A stretch of DNA of 62,245 nucleotides, filler included, from Vannella sp. (taxonomy: Eukaryota): NCBI GenBank assembly GCA_023345925.1. It is 6 parts of 6 records of this genome, joined end to end, with 100 filler letters (N's around TTAATTAATTAA, not from the genome) between each part and the next. Parts side by side here need not be neighbours in the genome. Positions count along the whole stretch, not along the records: positions 39,247 to 47,511 come from JAJQQN010000023.1; positions 47,612 to 54,141 come from JAJQQN010000722.1; positions 54,242 to 62,245 come from JAJQQN010000235.1; 3 more parts are not named here. One strand, given 5' to 3'. The position numbers and the translations under genes were made by a program. Of this stretch, positions 47,001 to 58,045 are shown in pieces; position 1 is the first letter of the stretch, and each line of letters begins with the position of its first letter. A model generated the notes under the pieces. It saw only the letters and a list, made by a program, of their open reading frames with translations, was not told where the DNA came from and made no database searches.

Positions 47001-47106
47001 ATCGAAGAGTCTTCTCCAACTCAGCCAAGATGCGCGCTGGATCATTCTCCCGATCTTCAAAGACCGAATAGAGTGAGTTGGGAGGCAGCTCGCCCGTGAG
47101 CACCAT
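44090..47106 (-). CDS. INTS7: Integrator complex subunit 7 (multi-exon)
   Basis: LAELEKTLRSEKVGEQCESILIFAELLSRFPFPSIIASAFVKLAD, LHSSDPCAKALTLR-TLG, QHSIRNCLSSNHPLEASAAI and LPRYFFQ, all matching INTS7 blocks as I recall them. Confidence 0.92.
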
Positions 47107-47511
47107 TCTGCCAACAAATGATTCTTTTCATCACTTGCTCAGGGAATCAGCCGGTAGCTGGTAGCTGAAATCGGAGGTCACGCTAATTGAAGAGAAAATC
47201 CGCGAGGCTACAGGGCAGAACTCATGTTTGCGTAGCTTGCCCTGATGACCTCCATCTCTTCAGGATAAGCTTTTAGACTGATTTCATTTTTTTCACTTTT
47301 TGACTGTTTGAGGACCCAAACAAGCCCTCGTGACTTCTCTCAGTCCAATTCTCCCAATAGCACTTTGTTGGTGATTAGGGGACCTAGAACAGACCAGAAA
47401 CATTCTGATCCACACAGAGTGCTAATCGCAAGAACGCCATTCTCATCGTACTGGGGATTTCCCGACCTGAGGCAATGCAATGTTCATTCTGAAATCCTCC
47501 ATGTTCTAAGG

Positions 47512-47611
47512 NNNNNNNNNNNNNNNNNNNNNNNNNNNNNNNNNNNNNNNNNNNNTTAATTAATTAANNNNNNNNNNNNNNNNNNNNNNNNNNNNNNNNN
47601 NNNNNNNNNNN
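47512..47611. other. Artificial contig spacer
   Basis: 44 N + TTAATTAATTAA + 44 N. Confidence 0.98.
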
Positions 47612-48003
47612 CGAAAGTTTTGAGAGTCATTGTCTAAGCTGAGGTAAGTTGAACGCATGTGAAGACGAGGAGCTAGGATGAATTACGTGTATCCATTCTC
47701 TCAAACAAAGCTTGCGGACTGGCTGCAACAGTTTTTGTTGTAGCTGTCTGTAAGTGGCGTTGTGTTGAAACAAACCACTCCCGAAGTTCTTGCTACGGCA
47801 AGTTCACTGAGCTCCTCGTCTTCCCACTCCAATCTCTTCACAATCTAACCTGTTCGTGCAGCTTTGATTATCATTCGTCCGAGTTCTCAAGAATAAACAC
47901 TTCACTTTCATAAACCTCCACTGTCTTTGTAGCTGAAATCTTTTTCTTTTTTTGCATCGTCGTCCAAAAGTTAGAGGAAGTCCATTTTGTAGCAGCTAAC
48001 GGG

Positions 48004-48798
48004 ATGAAGCTGATCTTCCTCGACGTGGATGGGGTGCTGAACCGAGATACAACAGAACAACACTTCGAGGATGACTGTCTAGGCGCGCTTAAGTATTTGG
48101 TGGACAAAACTGGTGCTCGGATCGTCCTTTCCTCGACTTGGCGATACACAGAGGAAACACGCGAGTCTGTCAGGGCCAAGCTCAAGGAGAAGGGGATTAT
48201 GGCGCCAGAAGACGATTTCCTTGGTTATACTCCCCACTTGGGAATGTTAGAGAAGATCCCGATGTACCCCTCTTGTGATTCTCATGTCACCCGAACCGAC
48301 GAGATTTTCCTCTGGTTGCAGTGCAACACAGTCCCTGAAGGAAGTACAAGAGAACAGTTGAAAAACGACCCTGCAGAGAGCTCTTATTGCCCCCTTCCTT
48401 CGGTAGCGTTATCGTTCGAGGACCTTTTGACAAAGGGAGAGACCTTGAGCGCCGTGGGAACATGGATACTCTCAGAACCAATCCTCCTGGACTCTTTTGT
48501 TGTGTTGGATGATCTCCCTATGCTAACAGAGGGCTGTTACGGCAAGCTCTTGAAGAAAAATTTCATTCGGACTTCCATGCAAGTTGGTCTCACCCAGGAT
48601 CTCGCTGATGAAGCTGCGAAGATCCTCAACGCTAGATTCAACGTAAAGAAATGGAGGAAAACAACTTACCGCTCATGCACCAACCCCAACTGCCTCCTCT
48701 CGCCCAATCGCCCACCAAACGAGACTGGCGCCTCTGGACGACAGCGTACCTCCACCCAGGGGGGGCGTGACCCTCAGAAGGAGTGTCTCATCTCTTAA
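48004..48798 (+). CDS. HAD-superfamily phosphatase, HAD_SAK_2-like (Swiss-army-knife RNA-repair type), with C-terminal CaaX
   Basis: Motif I IFLDVDGVLN, motif II IVLSSTWR, RTDEIFLWL, motif IV FVVLDD and GLT. Ends in CLIS followed by a stop. Intronless. Confidence 0.85.
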   Translation: MKLIFLDVDGVLNRDTTEQHFEDDCLGALKYLVDKTGARIVLSSTWRYTEETRESVRAKLKEKGIMAPEDDFLGYTPHLGMLEKIPMYPSCDSHVTRTDEIFLWLQCNTVPEGSTREQLKNDPAESSYCPLPSVALSFEDLLTKGETLSAVGTWILSEPILLDSFVVLDDLPMLTEGCYGKLLKKNFIRTSMQVGLTQDLADEAAKILNARFNVKKWRKTTYRSCTNPNCLLSPNRPPNETGASGRQRTSTQGGRDPQKECLIS

Positions 48799-48845
48799 CC
48801 CAACCTTTCAACACGATAAAGTTGTATTTTACGGCACTTTGGGCC

Positions 48846-51800
48846 TCAGAATGGCTCCTCGTACTCATTCTTTGGAGGAGCCGGGACAGGCCGTGTGGCT
48901 ATGATGGTCTGTCGGCTGCTGTACTGCAGAGGGAAAGGTGGCGGAGTCCATGTATCGTCGGTTTCTCTGGCCAAGCGATCGAACCAGTCGTCAGCGAGAC
49001 CAGGGGATGGAGGATCATCGTATTGGTCCATCTCGATATCTCCCGTCTCATTGTAGGCCATTCTGCGAGATCTGACACGAACAAAGACAACAGAGGCTAT
49101 CCAAATGATGAGAATCCCTCCGGCTAGCCCCAAGGAGGAGCCAACTGTTGCGCAAACACCCACATGGGCGTCCTCCCCACAATAATGGAGAAGCTGGACG
49201 CCTTTCTTCAGCAAGGAGAGTGACCCGTTTGCTTGGGTCTCTATACCAAGGTCTGTGGAGGTAAAGCAGTAGTAAGCGATGGATTCCTCACTGGGAAGAA
49301 GTCCCACACAGAACGCCTTGGCTCTAATCACTCTGGTTCCTGTCCGAGAGTTACTTCCAATGACAAAGGATTCACCACTTTGTATCCTCCTTGGCTCTAG
49401 TGAGATGAGACGTGTCAAACTACGCGGAACGCACTTACTGGGACCTCTCAGGACTGACAATTGTGTCGTCTGTGGTGAAGAAGACCTCACAAGTACTTGG
49501 GAATGAGACTATGGTCACTTGGATGGGGTGTTCCAGTGGCAAGGCTATCGAACCGGACGAATTTGGAGTAATTTGAGGCGGTTTGGCTGGCAATACGATG
49601 TGGAAAGTGGCACTCGACATTGTACTTTCTCTGAATCCAGTCTGGCCGATCTTTGCTTCGATGGTCATGCTTTGTGCGAGCGGGATGTTTGCTGAAAGGC
49701 CATTCACTCGCTGGAGTCCTTCAGATTTGCCATCTGGCGAAATGAAACGAAGAATAAGGAAGCAATCAAGGCAGCTATTGTCTGAGGGTTTGGTGGATGA
49801 TATAGTGACTTGGGTTCCAAGAGGGTACGTTCCTGAGACCAGGGAGAAGCTTGGTAGAGGCCACTCGCTATCTGGAAGAATGTGACAACTTCCAAGGTGA
49901 ATGGAATGCTCTGAGCTTGGGCATACACACTGGCCTTGTTGCTGCCGTGAACCAGCCGAGAAAATGCTCCCGACTGGACATGCAATGCAGGAAGTTCCTA
50001 GTTTGACATAGTCCAATCGATTAGGCGCAATAACCCGGTCTTGTAGGATTATTAAGCCATCAGAAAATAGATTCTGCTGAATAGAAGCGTTATGAAACAG
50101 AATAGGGCCACTCAGCGAGCTTCTGTATCAAGTTAAAACAAACCACATCGTTGTTCGTCCACTCACTCTGAATCCTTCCAAATCAATGACATCCTTAGGG
50201 CGTCAATATCCTCAACAAGCAAGGTGAATATCTCAATGGATTCCACGAACACGTCACTTTGGTTGCGGGCAAACTGGAAAAAGATCTCCACTTTCCCAGA
50301 ATACTCTTCCAAAGCGGCGGTATCAGTGACTTCATCAAATAGTTGTTTGCAGTTGCGGTTTCCGTCAACGATACAGTCGCTCATGACAATGGGAGAGCCA
50401 TCTGGAGAGATGAATCGTATTTCAGACCATTTGAAGGAGCCCGACAAGGTCATCAGTAAGCCTGATACAGGAGCTCCTTGGTTTGACCAGATTTCATAAT
50501 ATCCGGGACCACATTCGCAGTCATAATTCTCTGTTCCAATTCTGTAAGGATCTGGACATCTTGGGACGCAATTGTTCAGTCGATAGTCAAACGCTGTTCC
50601 TTTGGGACAATCCGGCGAAGGCTTTGGAATGCACCCCAACGAATCAGTCACTTCATGGTACCGATTGTTGCAGAAAAGATCATTGACGCTACCCCTCACT
50701 GCCAGTGATTCTGGAAGTAAAGTATAATTGGCATAGAAGGCCAAATCTCTGACTTCCAAACGTTCCAGCCAATAGCTCGGGGCGAGTCTTGCGTTAGAAG
50801 GCGAGAATCCACCGAAGCCCATCAAAGAGTCTTCCAAATCGGTGCTATTAGAAACCAGGTTAAGGTCGAACCAATCTTTGCCAACAAGGACGCCATTGTG
50901 ATAGAAGAGAACTGTTCGCTGCTGATGATCTGCCACGAAAGCTATTTGCTGCCAATCTTCATTCAGTGTGATTCCGTTGCTCCTCGCTGGTGAAATGGTG
51001 AGCGATAGAGGAACGCAAACGAGGGCAAGTGGTTGTCTCTCACCTGGAGTTTGCTTAACCGCGTCGAGGCTCAGCTGAAGGCACCACTCAGTTCCTGAGA
51101 ACTCAGGGTTTGTGTACACCAGAGACAAGGAGATGGCTTCCCCAATCCGGAGAATAACAAATTCATCTCCATCAGACAATGAAGTGGGATGAGCAGAGGA
51201 AGGCCACCTCAAACTCAATTCGAACGAGAATCCTTGTTTCTCAAGAGACTCTCCTTGTTGCAGAATCTTAGAAACAAGGGAGGGACCAGCTATGACTGAG
51301 GGATAGAAGAACCGCCAGGAACACGACTCTGGTCTATCTACCTGTCCTGCAGAGGAAAACTCGCCAATATGGCTTTCAGTCTGTTAGAATCGTCTCAATC
51401 ACAAGAACTCTTACTTTGGCTCCATCCGACAGGGAAGAAAACCTTCCTGTGAGGAACTGGGATACTCTCCTATCGGGATAACTACGCAAGAATCTCCCTT
51501 TAGATTCATTAGCAAAGGTCTGCATTACATCCAAATCACGTACCATTCGGTATTTCCCTGGTTCGGTACACACAAACGGACAGTTGGAGCTCTTCACTCC
51601 CATCTCTGTGTAGTTGGAGCCCGTAATGGGGGCGTTAAAGCTGATTTCCCGAATGAGAACGGCAACGAAGAAGGGAAACATACCAAAGATGCATCAATCC
51701 ATCCCCAGGAGAGAATGCTCCTATGGGAGTTAAGGTACAGTTTGGTCCAGATCGGCCTGGTGGGCAATCAAAAGTGACATTTCGGGATTCTAGTGGAGCT

Positions 51801-53624
51801 TGAGCAGGCAGAATGATTCTCGGCGCTGTTTCAGCTGAGATGAAGGAGTTACCCTCCACAGGGAGAACATCATTGTCTGTTTGATTGCGATTAGAATATA
51901 TGGAACGGACTGGCCTCGCCCACCATGAAGGACAACGTAATATCGACTATTGTTACTGCGCCTGAGAGGGTTCTGACTGCTGAAAGACACAAGTTCAATA
52001 GCTGCCGGAAACGAGGCTGCAGTTTTTGAAGTGGGATAGCGAGAGGAGGAGCTCGAAGGTTGCATTATAACTGAAGCTCCCTCAAAAACAAAGCTGAAGA
52101 GGGCCCGATTGTTCTTTTGTTGCAATCTATCACACTCAGAGAACCCAAGAATGGATCCTAAGGATCTGCTGGGGGTGATGGACAATCTCTCGAGTCGAGA
52201 TATAACGCATTCCCATTCCACATTGTTTGGGTCTCTCACAAAGGCCAAACTCTTGATAGCCTCTGTTAAAGGACTGAGAATGGATGGGTAACTCAACGAT
52301 AAGGAGCTGCTCCGGTTCCTCTGCAACAGGAGCGAATCTACACTCCACTCCACTGTGATAGCAGCACACATTACTTGGAGAACAAGCTCGCACTCTTCCC
52401 TCAACAAAGAGCTCTCCAACCTTTCCGACACTCGAAGGCGATTGATAAGGGCGGTAACATAGTTTCTGACCAGTTCTTCTGCTCTCAGGTCAGCAAATAG
52501 GTGAATGAAGAGAGTTCTTCCTACGAGAGCGGTCAAGGGCAGGATGTTGCTGAGAAAGGACAGTTTCGTCCGCAGCTTGAATGTAATTCATCGCAGAAGA
52601 GAAGGAAGCAATCTGCGCTTGTAAGATAGAAGAAGAACTCCTCAACGAAGCTTGCGTTCCGCTAGAAAGACCCTTTTTGGAATAAAGTTTCTCGATTTGG
52701 TTGAACTTCTTGGTGAGAAAGGTTGTGCACTCTTCTTCCATAGCACTCAACCACAGGACCAGTGACGACTTCAAGTGACCGTAAACCTTCTGGAGAGTCT
52801 CCTGAGTTAGGGAAGGTTAACAATCCATTTGGAGGACTTTGAGACAGAATCTCACTTTGGTTCGGAAACTCTGGTCGAGATGATTGCCGTAGAGAAACTG
52901 TGTGTCTTTGAAGGACCGTTCGATGGCGTAACAGTGGCGGAATTGGCTGTCTCTGTGCCTGAGAAAGCCCATTTCATCCTCGGACTTCTTGCTAGTCAGC
53001 ACGTTTCTCCAAACTCACTTTCCTTACCTTTGCTCGCAACGCCAACCTTTGATCTCCACCACAGTCTTCTGCAGTAGTTGCGGGACGAAGGGAACGCTTG
53101 CATTCCCACGGGATTCTGGGATCAACTGGAGGCCAGTGAGGATCTTCAAAGGAGAAGAAGAAGGGATAATCACCGTAGCACAGCAGAGAGTGTAGCCAAG
53201 ATGCTGAGAAACTTGGCAACTGGAGCGTCTCAGTTTGGCCTCTCTTCTGATAAAACTCAGCGCGGGAGAGGGACACGGAAAGGGAGGAACCAAGAGCCCT
53301 TTGGGGTAGTTCTTGGCAAATCCTCTCTCCATCAACGTCTACGACTTGCGGAGCAGCAGCTGGGTAACTAGTGGCTTCTTCCAAGTAATCGGGAGGAAGC
53401 AGTGGGAACAGCTCCGAAGCAAGAGCGACTGAAGGACAGTCAGAACAACCACTTTTTGCGTTCGTACTTACCAATCTCTCCACAGCTCTCGCGAGCACCA
53501 CACACGCCTGCAAGTAGAAGTAACAGAGGTAGAAGGCCCATGAAGGGAAGCAAAAGTGCCTGATCTCTTTTCGCCAAAACAGGAAATGCGCAAAAATTAC
53601 GCTTCCACTCAAATGCTCAACCAT
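48846..53624 (-). CDS. Large multi-exon single-pass membrane protein (Cys-rich GCC2/3-like repeats, LamG-like, Fn3-associated/CHB_HEX_C-like domains)
   Basis: Chain of minus-strand ORFs linked by GT-AG introns: CPPGRSGPNC...CPFVC, EDWQQIAFV...LFYHNGVLV, CECGPGYY, CIACPVGS, PLPSFSLVSGTY, PPQITP...VFFTTD and TM LGLAGGILIIWIASVVFV. The 5' third could be a separate gene because the junction near 52500 is unresolved. Confidence 0.6.
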
Positions 53625-53860
53625 GTAATACCTCCTTTCGAGACCTTTTAAATGGAAGATAGTAGAATAAATGACAAAACGGTCTCATTTGTGCCGGCCC
53701 CCAAAAGATCTTTACTCCCTCTGTATTCTTATCATTAGTTTCTTTAACTCAACTATCTGGGTCGATTGAATTGCCCATTTTCTAATCTAACCCTGACCGG
53801 CTACCTTATCTTTGGCGACAAGTAACTGTGGACAGTATTCAAGGAAGTGGACATTTTTTG

Positions 53861-54141
53861 ATGCCAAAGAACTTGGGTTGGCTGGTGGCGCTTTTGCTTG
53901 CAGGCTTGGTGATCCAGCTCTTGGGTGGATATCAAGTCCTACTCTCCTCTCGTATGTGTGAACATGATTTGGGAAGGAGGGAACTGACCTGGCACTCCCC
54001 AGACACGGATGGGTGCCGATGGTTCCACTACAAAGAGATTTGCTTGACTGACAACGAGGAGTGGCCAACGATCGACATTGTTTACACTTGGGTGAACGGT
54101 AGTGACTCTGTACTCGCAGCACAGCTGCGCCAAGTCAAAGG
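53861..54141 (+). CDS. Stealth-family hexose-1-phosphoryltransferase (GNPTAB/Gpt1-like), 3' truncated
   Basis: N-terminal TM followed by Stealth CR1 motif IDIVYTWVNGSD. Confidence 0.85.
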
Positions 54142-54241
54142 NNNNNNNNNNNNNNNNNNNNNNNNNNNNNNNNNNNNNNNNNNNNTTAATTAATTAANNN
54201 NNNNNNNNNNNNNNNNNNNNNNNNNNNNNNNNNNNNNNNNN
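54142..54241. other. Artificial contig spacer
   Basis: 44 N + TTAATTAATTAA + 44 N. Confidence 0.98.
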
Positions 54242-54325
54242 CTCTCCACTTTCCAACAGATGTGGATCTCCAAGGAGGAGTACGACGAGTCTGGCCCCTC
54301 CATTGTCCACCGCAAGTGCTTCTAA
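54242..54325 (+). CDS. ACT: Actin, C-terminal fragment (5' truncated)
   Basis: LSTFQQMWISKEEYDESGPSIVHRKCF followed by a stop. Not in the ORF track. Confidence 0.97.
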   Translation, partial: LSTFQQMWISKEEYDESGPSIVHRKCF

Positions 54326-54416
54326 GCGTTTAGCTGTGGTCCAAGTTGGTAGCTAATACATTCTTGTACACCTGACACTCTCCATTCATTTTGTTTGCCT
54401 TCTGTGAGTCGACCTG

Positions 54417-55213
54417 ATGCCAGAGGAGATCATCTTGTCTTTTGGAGATTCCTGCCTTTATGGATCAGACGTTGCTTTGCTTCCAAGCCCTCACTGGTTT
54501 AACGATAAGCTGGTAGACTTCTACCTGCAGTAGGACCTGGCTAGGCGACCCGGAAGAGACTCTAACAACAAGGGATGGAGATACTTGGAAGGAAAGCAGG
54601 AGGAGGGCGTCCCAATCTTCAAAGTCGTGAGTAGCTCAACTGTTTTCTTCATGGGGATGTGCGAAGGAGACGTGGACACCATTCGTCAAGAGATCTTAGG
54701 TCCTCTGGGCATCAACGGAAGGAATCCGGTGATCTTCCCGTTAAATGACCATGAAGACTCCACCACGGTGGGGGGATCTCACTGGTAAGCTTCTTCTCGG
54801 CACCAGGAAGGAGTTGACACACAAGATAGGAGCATCCTTGCCTGGGTACCTGAGCAAGGCTTTCTGCATTTCGATTCAACCGGGGGGAACCGCCGTGGTG
54901 CTCGGAGAGTTGCCAGTATTGTGGCAAAGGCTCTTGACTGTGAGAACAAAGTCGTTTCCTCCGGTTCCTCACCTTGTTATCAGTGCCAGAGGCAGTTCAG
55001 GATTTCCCTGTCCCTTCACAAACCAATTCCTGGGATTGCGGGCCTTCCGCTTGCGCCTTTGCTCGACAGTGCGCTCTTAAGTTCTCCCAAAATGCAGATT
55101 GCCCTTTGCCCCTCACCATCATGAGAACCATCACGCCCCAAGTCACTTCCAACCTCCGCACTCAAATGGCCACTCTCATCTTCTCCTTGGCGGCAAATAG
55201 TTCAACACTTTAG
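54417..55213 (+). CDS. SENP8: NEDD8-specific protease SENP8/NEDP1 (C48 family, 4 exons)
   Basis: ILSFGDSCLYGSDVALL..PHWFNDKLVDFY, IFPLND...GGSHWS, FLHFDS and QTNSWDCG give the His-Asp-Cys triad. Confidence 0.9.
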
Positions 55214-55418
55214 AGATGCTCTTCTTACTTGCAGAAGGATTTGGTTTCCTTGATTATCCAGCCCTTGGGAGTCTTGGGGGACACTGCCAAACCAACAAAT
55301 TCTTTGTGGGGGATTGGGTAGTTGAATGGAGGATCACAATTCGCACTCACACTTTTTGCACTGGCCCCTTGAGATCTCTTTGATTCAGGAGCACCAATGT
55401 GAATGGTAAATGCAATCT

Positions 55419-55500
55419 GAGAGAATTCACCGCCCCAGTCCACGTCCGCTGGCCTCCTTTGAAAAGTGCCCCGTGGTTGAGTGGGGCGGTGAATTCTCTC
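55419..55500. repeat. Perfect 19-bp inverted repeat with a 44-nt spacer
   Basis: GAGAGAATTCACCGCCCCA (55419-55437) and TGGGGCGGTGAATTCTCTC (55482-55500). Confidence 0.95.
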
Positions 55501-55646
55501 TCTGTAGATTCATTTCCCTCCCTCAACAAGCCATAGAGCCTCCTTGGGGGAGCGCATCGTAGATCATTGGAACGGACTGACCTGACAATGCACCTCAAAC
55601 TCTCATCTTCCCATGGCGGTAATCAGTCAAGCTCTTTAAATACTGT

Positions 55647-57282
55647 CTACTTGCGAAGGTAGAACCTTTGGTGGAGGTCATTTGTGTGGTCCAGGAAGAA
55701 AGTGCCGGGCAAAAGGTGATTGGTGTTGGATGTGGGATAGAAAGGGGCTTCGTGTTGCCGTTCAAGGCGATTCAAAGTCTCTAAAAAGCGGCCGGGAGCG
55801 ATTTCAGTTCGGTCTTCCAGCCGTTTAGCCAACCCTGACAAAACTGCTTTCAGAGGGGAGAGTGACTTTTTGACTTCCACTAGAAATGCAGAAGAAGTAC
55901 ATCCTGAGCCGTAGGAGAACAAGAATATCTTCTCTCCCTTCCCTTTTGTGGTTAGAATCGCATTCTGAGGCAATCAAGCTCTTGGTTCTTACCAGAGCGA
56001 GGGGCTCTGTGGCCAGTACTGATAGCAGAGCCGAGTATAGAGAACCTGTGTAAAGATTTCCGAGTTGCTTAGGAAGAGAAACGGAGGGGGATGTCAGCTG
56101 GAGCATTGCTTTCTCGCAAAGTCGGATAAGCTGAGGTTCACTGTCGAACCTCGAGTGAGTTTGATCGTCAGTCAAGTGTTTGCAAAGGTCGATGAGCTCC
56201 TGTTGCCAACTATTGAGTTGCAAACTCCGACTGAGTCGGTAGCGGGCATCATAAAGCATCTGAGAGATTCTGTGAGAATTGATGTTTGCTTGTCTGCGGT
56301 TCCCTTACCAACCGGGCAAAGGCCTTATCGACCATCTTGCAGAAAGGAGAATGAAACACAATGTACTTCATCTCCTCAAGCAAGGAGAAAGGGACTCCAA
56401 CCCTCTTTTCGTACTTTCCCACAAACGACAAATAACTCTGTTGCAGCGCTCGCATGTAACAGGACAGAGAGAAGTGTCCGTCTACTATAGGATAGGCTGA
56501 CTCACGTAGCGTTGGCTTGTAGAAGTCGTAAACGTGGTCCATGAAGCTCCCCTTTGGCCCCATTGAGTACATTGGGACCCCCTTTTGGATACTCACACGA
56601 GGAGGCGTCAGGACTAAAGGTGCGTTGGGTCCTAAGAGGATTGCGATGGCCCCACATCCACCTGTAGGGCGTGCAGGACCTGAAGAGTAAACGGCGCAGT
56701 CTGCAGCCACCACTAGGGCCATTCGGCCGTCCCAGAAGGAGCTTTGCATCCATTGGAGAGAGTTAAAGAGTGCGTTTGTCCCTCCGTAACAACCATTGAC
56801 CGTATCCGCGCCTAAAGCCTTCCTTAAGTGACAAAGAGGACGTCCGATCGCACTCACCTTCGACGTCTGAGTTGCCAGAATCACGGAAGAGAGTCATCAG
56901 AACCGTTTTGATGGACTTGGAAGCATCGATCATCGACTCTGTGCCCACTTCAAGCCTCCCAATATCCGCGTAGTCGATGGAATGCTTCTCCATGAGCTGG
57001 CTCACCGCTGTGGAGCATCAGAGGTGCCAGCCATATGCATAGTGACTCTATCTTGCTTACCCGTCAATGCCAGGGACTGGATGTCTTCGTTGTCCTCCAT
57101 AAAGGCCATCTTCTCTTGCCCCAAGCCGATGGTGTACTTTCCCACGCACCCGTCCAGTTGCTCTTCCCTCAGGTCAACTCCCCACACACCCCATTCTCCT
57201 CTTTCCTACCCAGCGCGCTCTGAGCGACGTAGAGCGAGGGGAAGTAGATCTCCATGGCGAGGATGCCCGCGCCCTCTGCCAT
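55647..57282 (-). CDS. HMGCS: Hydroxymethylglutaryl-CoA synthase (multi-exon)
   Basis: [82 protein letters not shown] and LFSYGSG. Confidence 0.96.
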
Positions 57283-57325
57283 CGCGGGAAGGCAAAGAAT
57301 GGGCTTTACTTGACATGCACGCACA

Positions 57326-57951
57326 TCAATAGCGAACCAGCATCGTGTCTAGCACCTTCTTAGAGGCAGTATCGCCCAGTAAGCTGGTGATGATCCCTCC
57401 AGCGAACTCCAGCGCCGTGCCAGGGCCTTGGCTGGTGATCAAGTTGCCATCGACAACCACTCGCTCACTCTGGTACCCGCTAAGCTGGTCCTTGAAGGAG
57501 GGATAGCACGTTGAAGGGCGGTTCCCGAGAAGGTTGTGGTGCGCCAGGACCAGTGCTTAGCTCTGTTAGTCCTTCGCTGTGACAATACACTGTAGCTACC
57601 AGTCATCTTACCTGGGGCTGCACAGATGGCGGCGAGGAGGCGTCCTGATTGGAGTTGATCTTTGGCTAGTTCGATGACGATGGGCGAGTCTCGGAAGGTT
57701 TCTGCGCCTTTGAGACCTCCGGGGAGGACTACTGCATCGTAGGTGGTCTTGTGGTCGGCAGTGAGGCGCACGTCGCCCACTAGGCGGACTCCACGGCTGC
57801 AGACAACAGTCAAGTCGTCTTGTTCGCTCCCTTCTGGCCTGACCACCGCTATGATGACCTCTAACTCTGCTCTACGAAGAGCGTCAACGACAGCTATAGC
57901 TTCAACCTCTTCTGTGCCGTCTGCTACGAGAACCAAACACTTCTTCGACAT
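57326..57951 (-). CDS. PARK7: DJ-1/PARK7 (ThiJ/PfpI) protein (2 exons)
   Basis: GTEEVEAIAVVDALRRA, YDAVVLPGG, LAAICAAP, an intron, then TCYPSF...VVVDGNLITSQGPGTALEFA. Confidence 0.92.
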
Positions 57952-58045
57952 CGATGGACAAGAGAATGCTCTGATCGACCGTTCCTTTTGCCAGGAACAA
58001 GATAACAAGGGATTAGAACCAAGTACTATTTGTCAGGGCCACCAG

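Noticed and set aside
13622..54241. Five identical N44-TTAATTAATTAA-N44 elements as a biological repeat or CRISPR-like array
   Set aside because: Fixed 100-nt length, six-frame stop core and genes truncated at the edges show they are concatenation spacers.
55225..55598. Short minus-strand ORFs across the hairpin, or an RNase MRP/P RNA (GAAAAGTGCCCC resembles CR-I)
   Set aside because: The ORFs have non-ATG starts and no motifs, and I found no matching CR-V partner downstream on the same strand.
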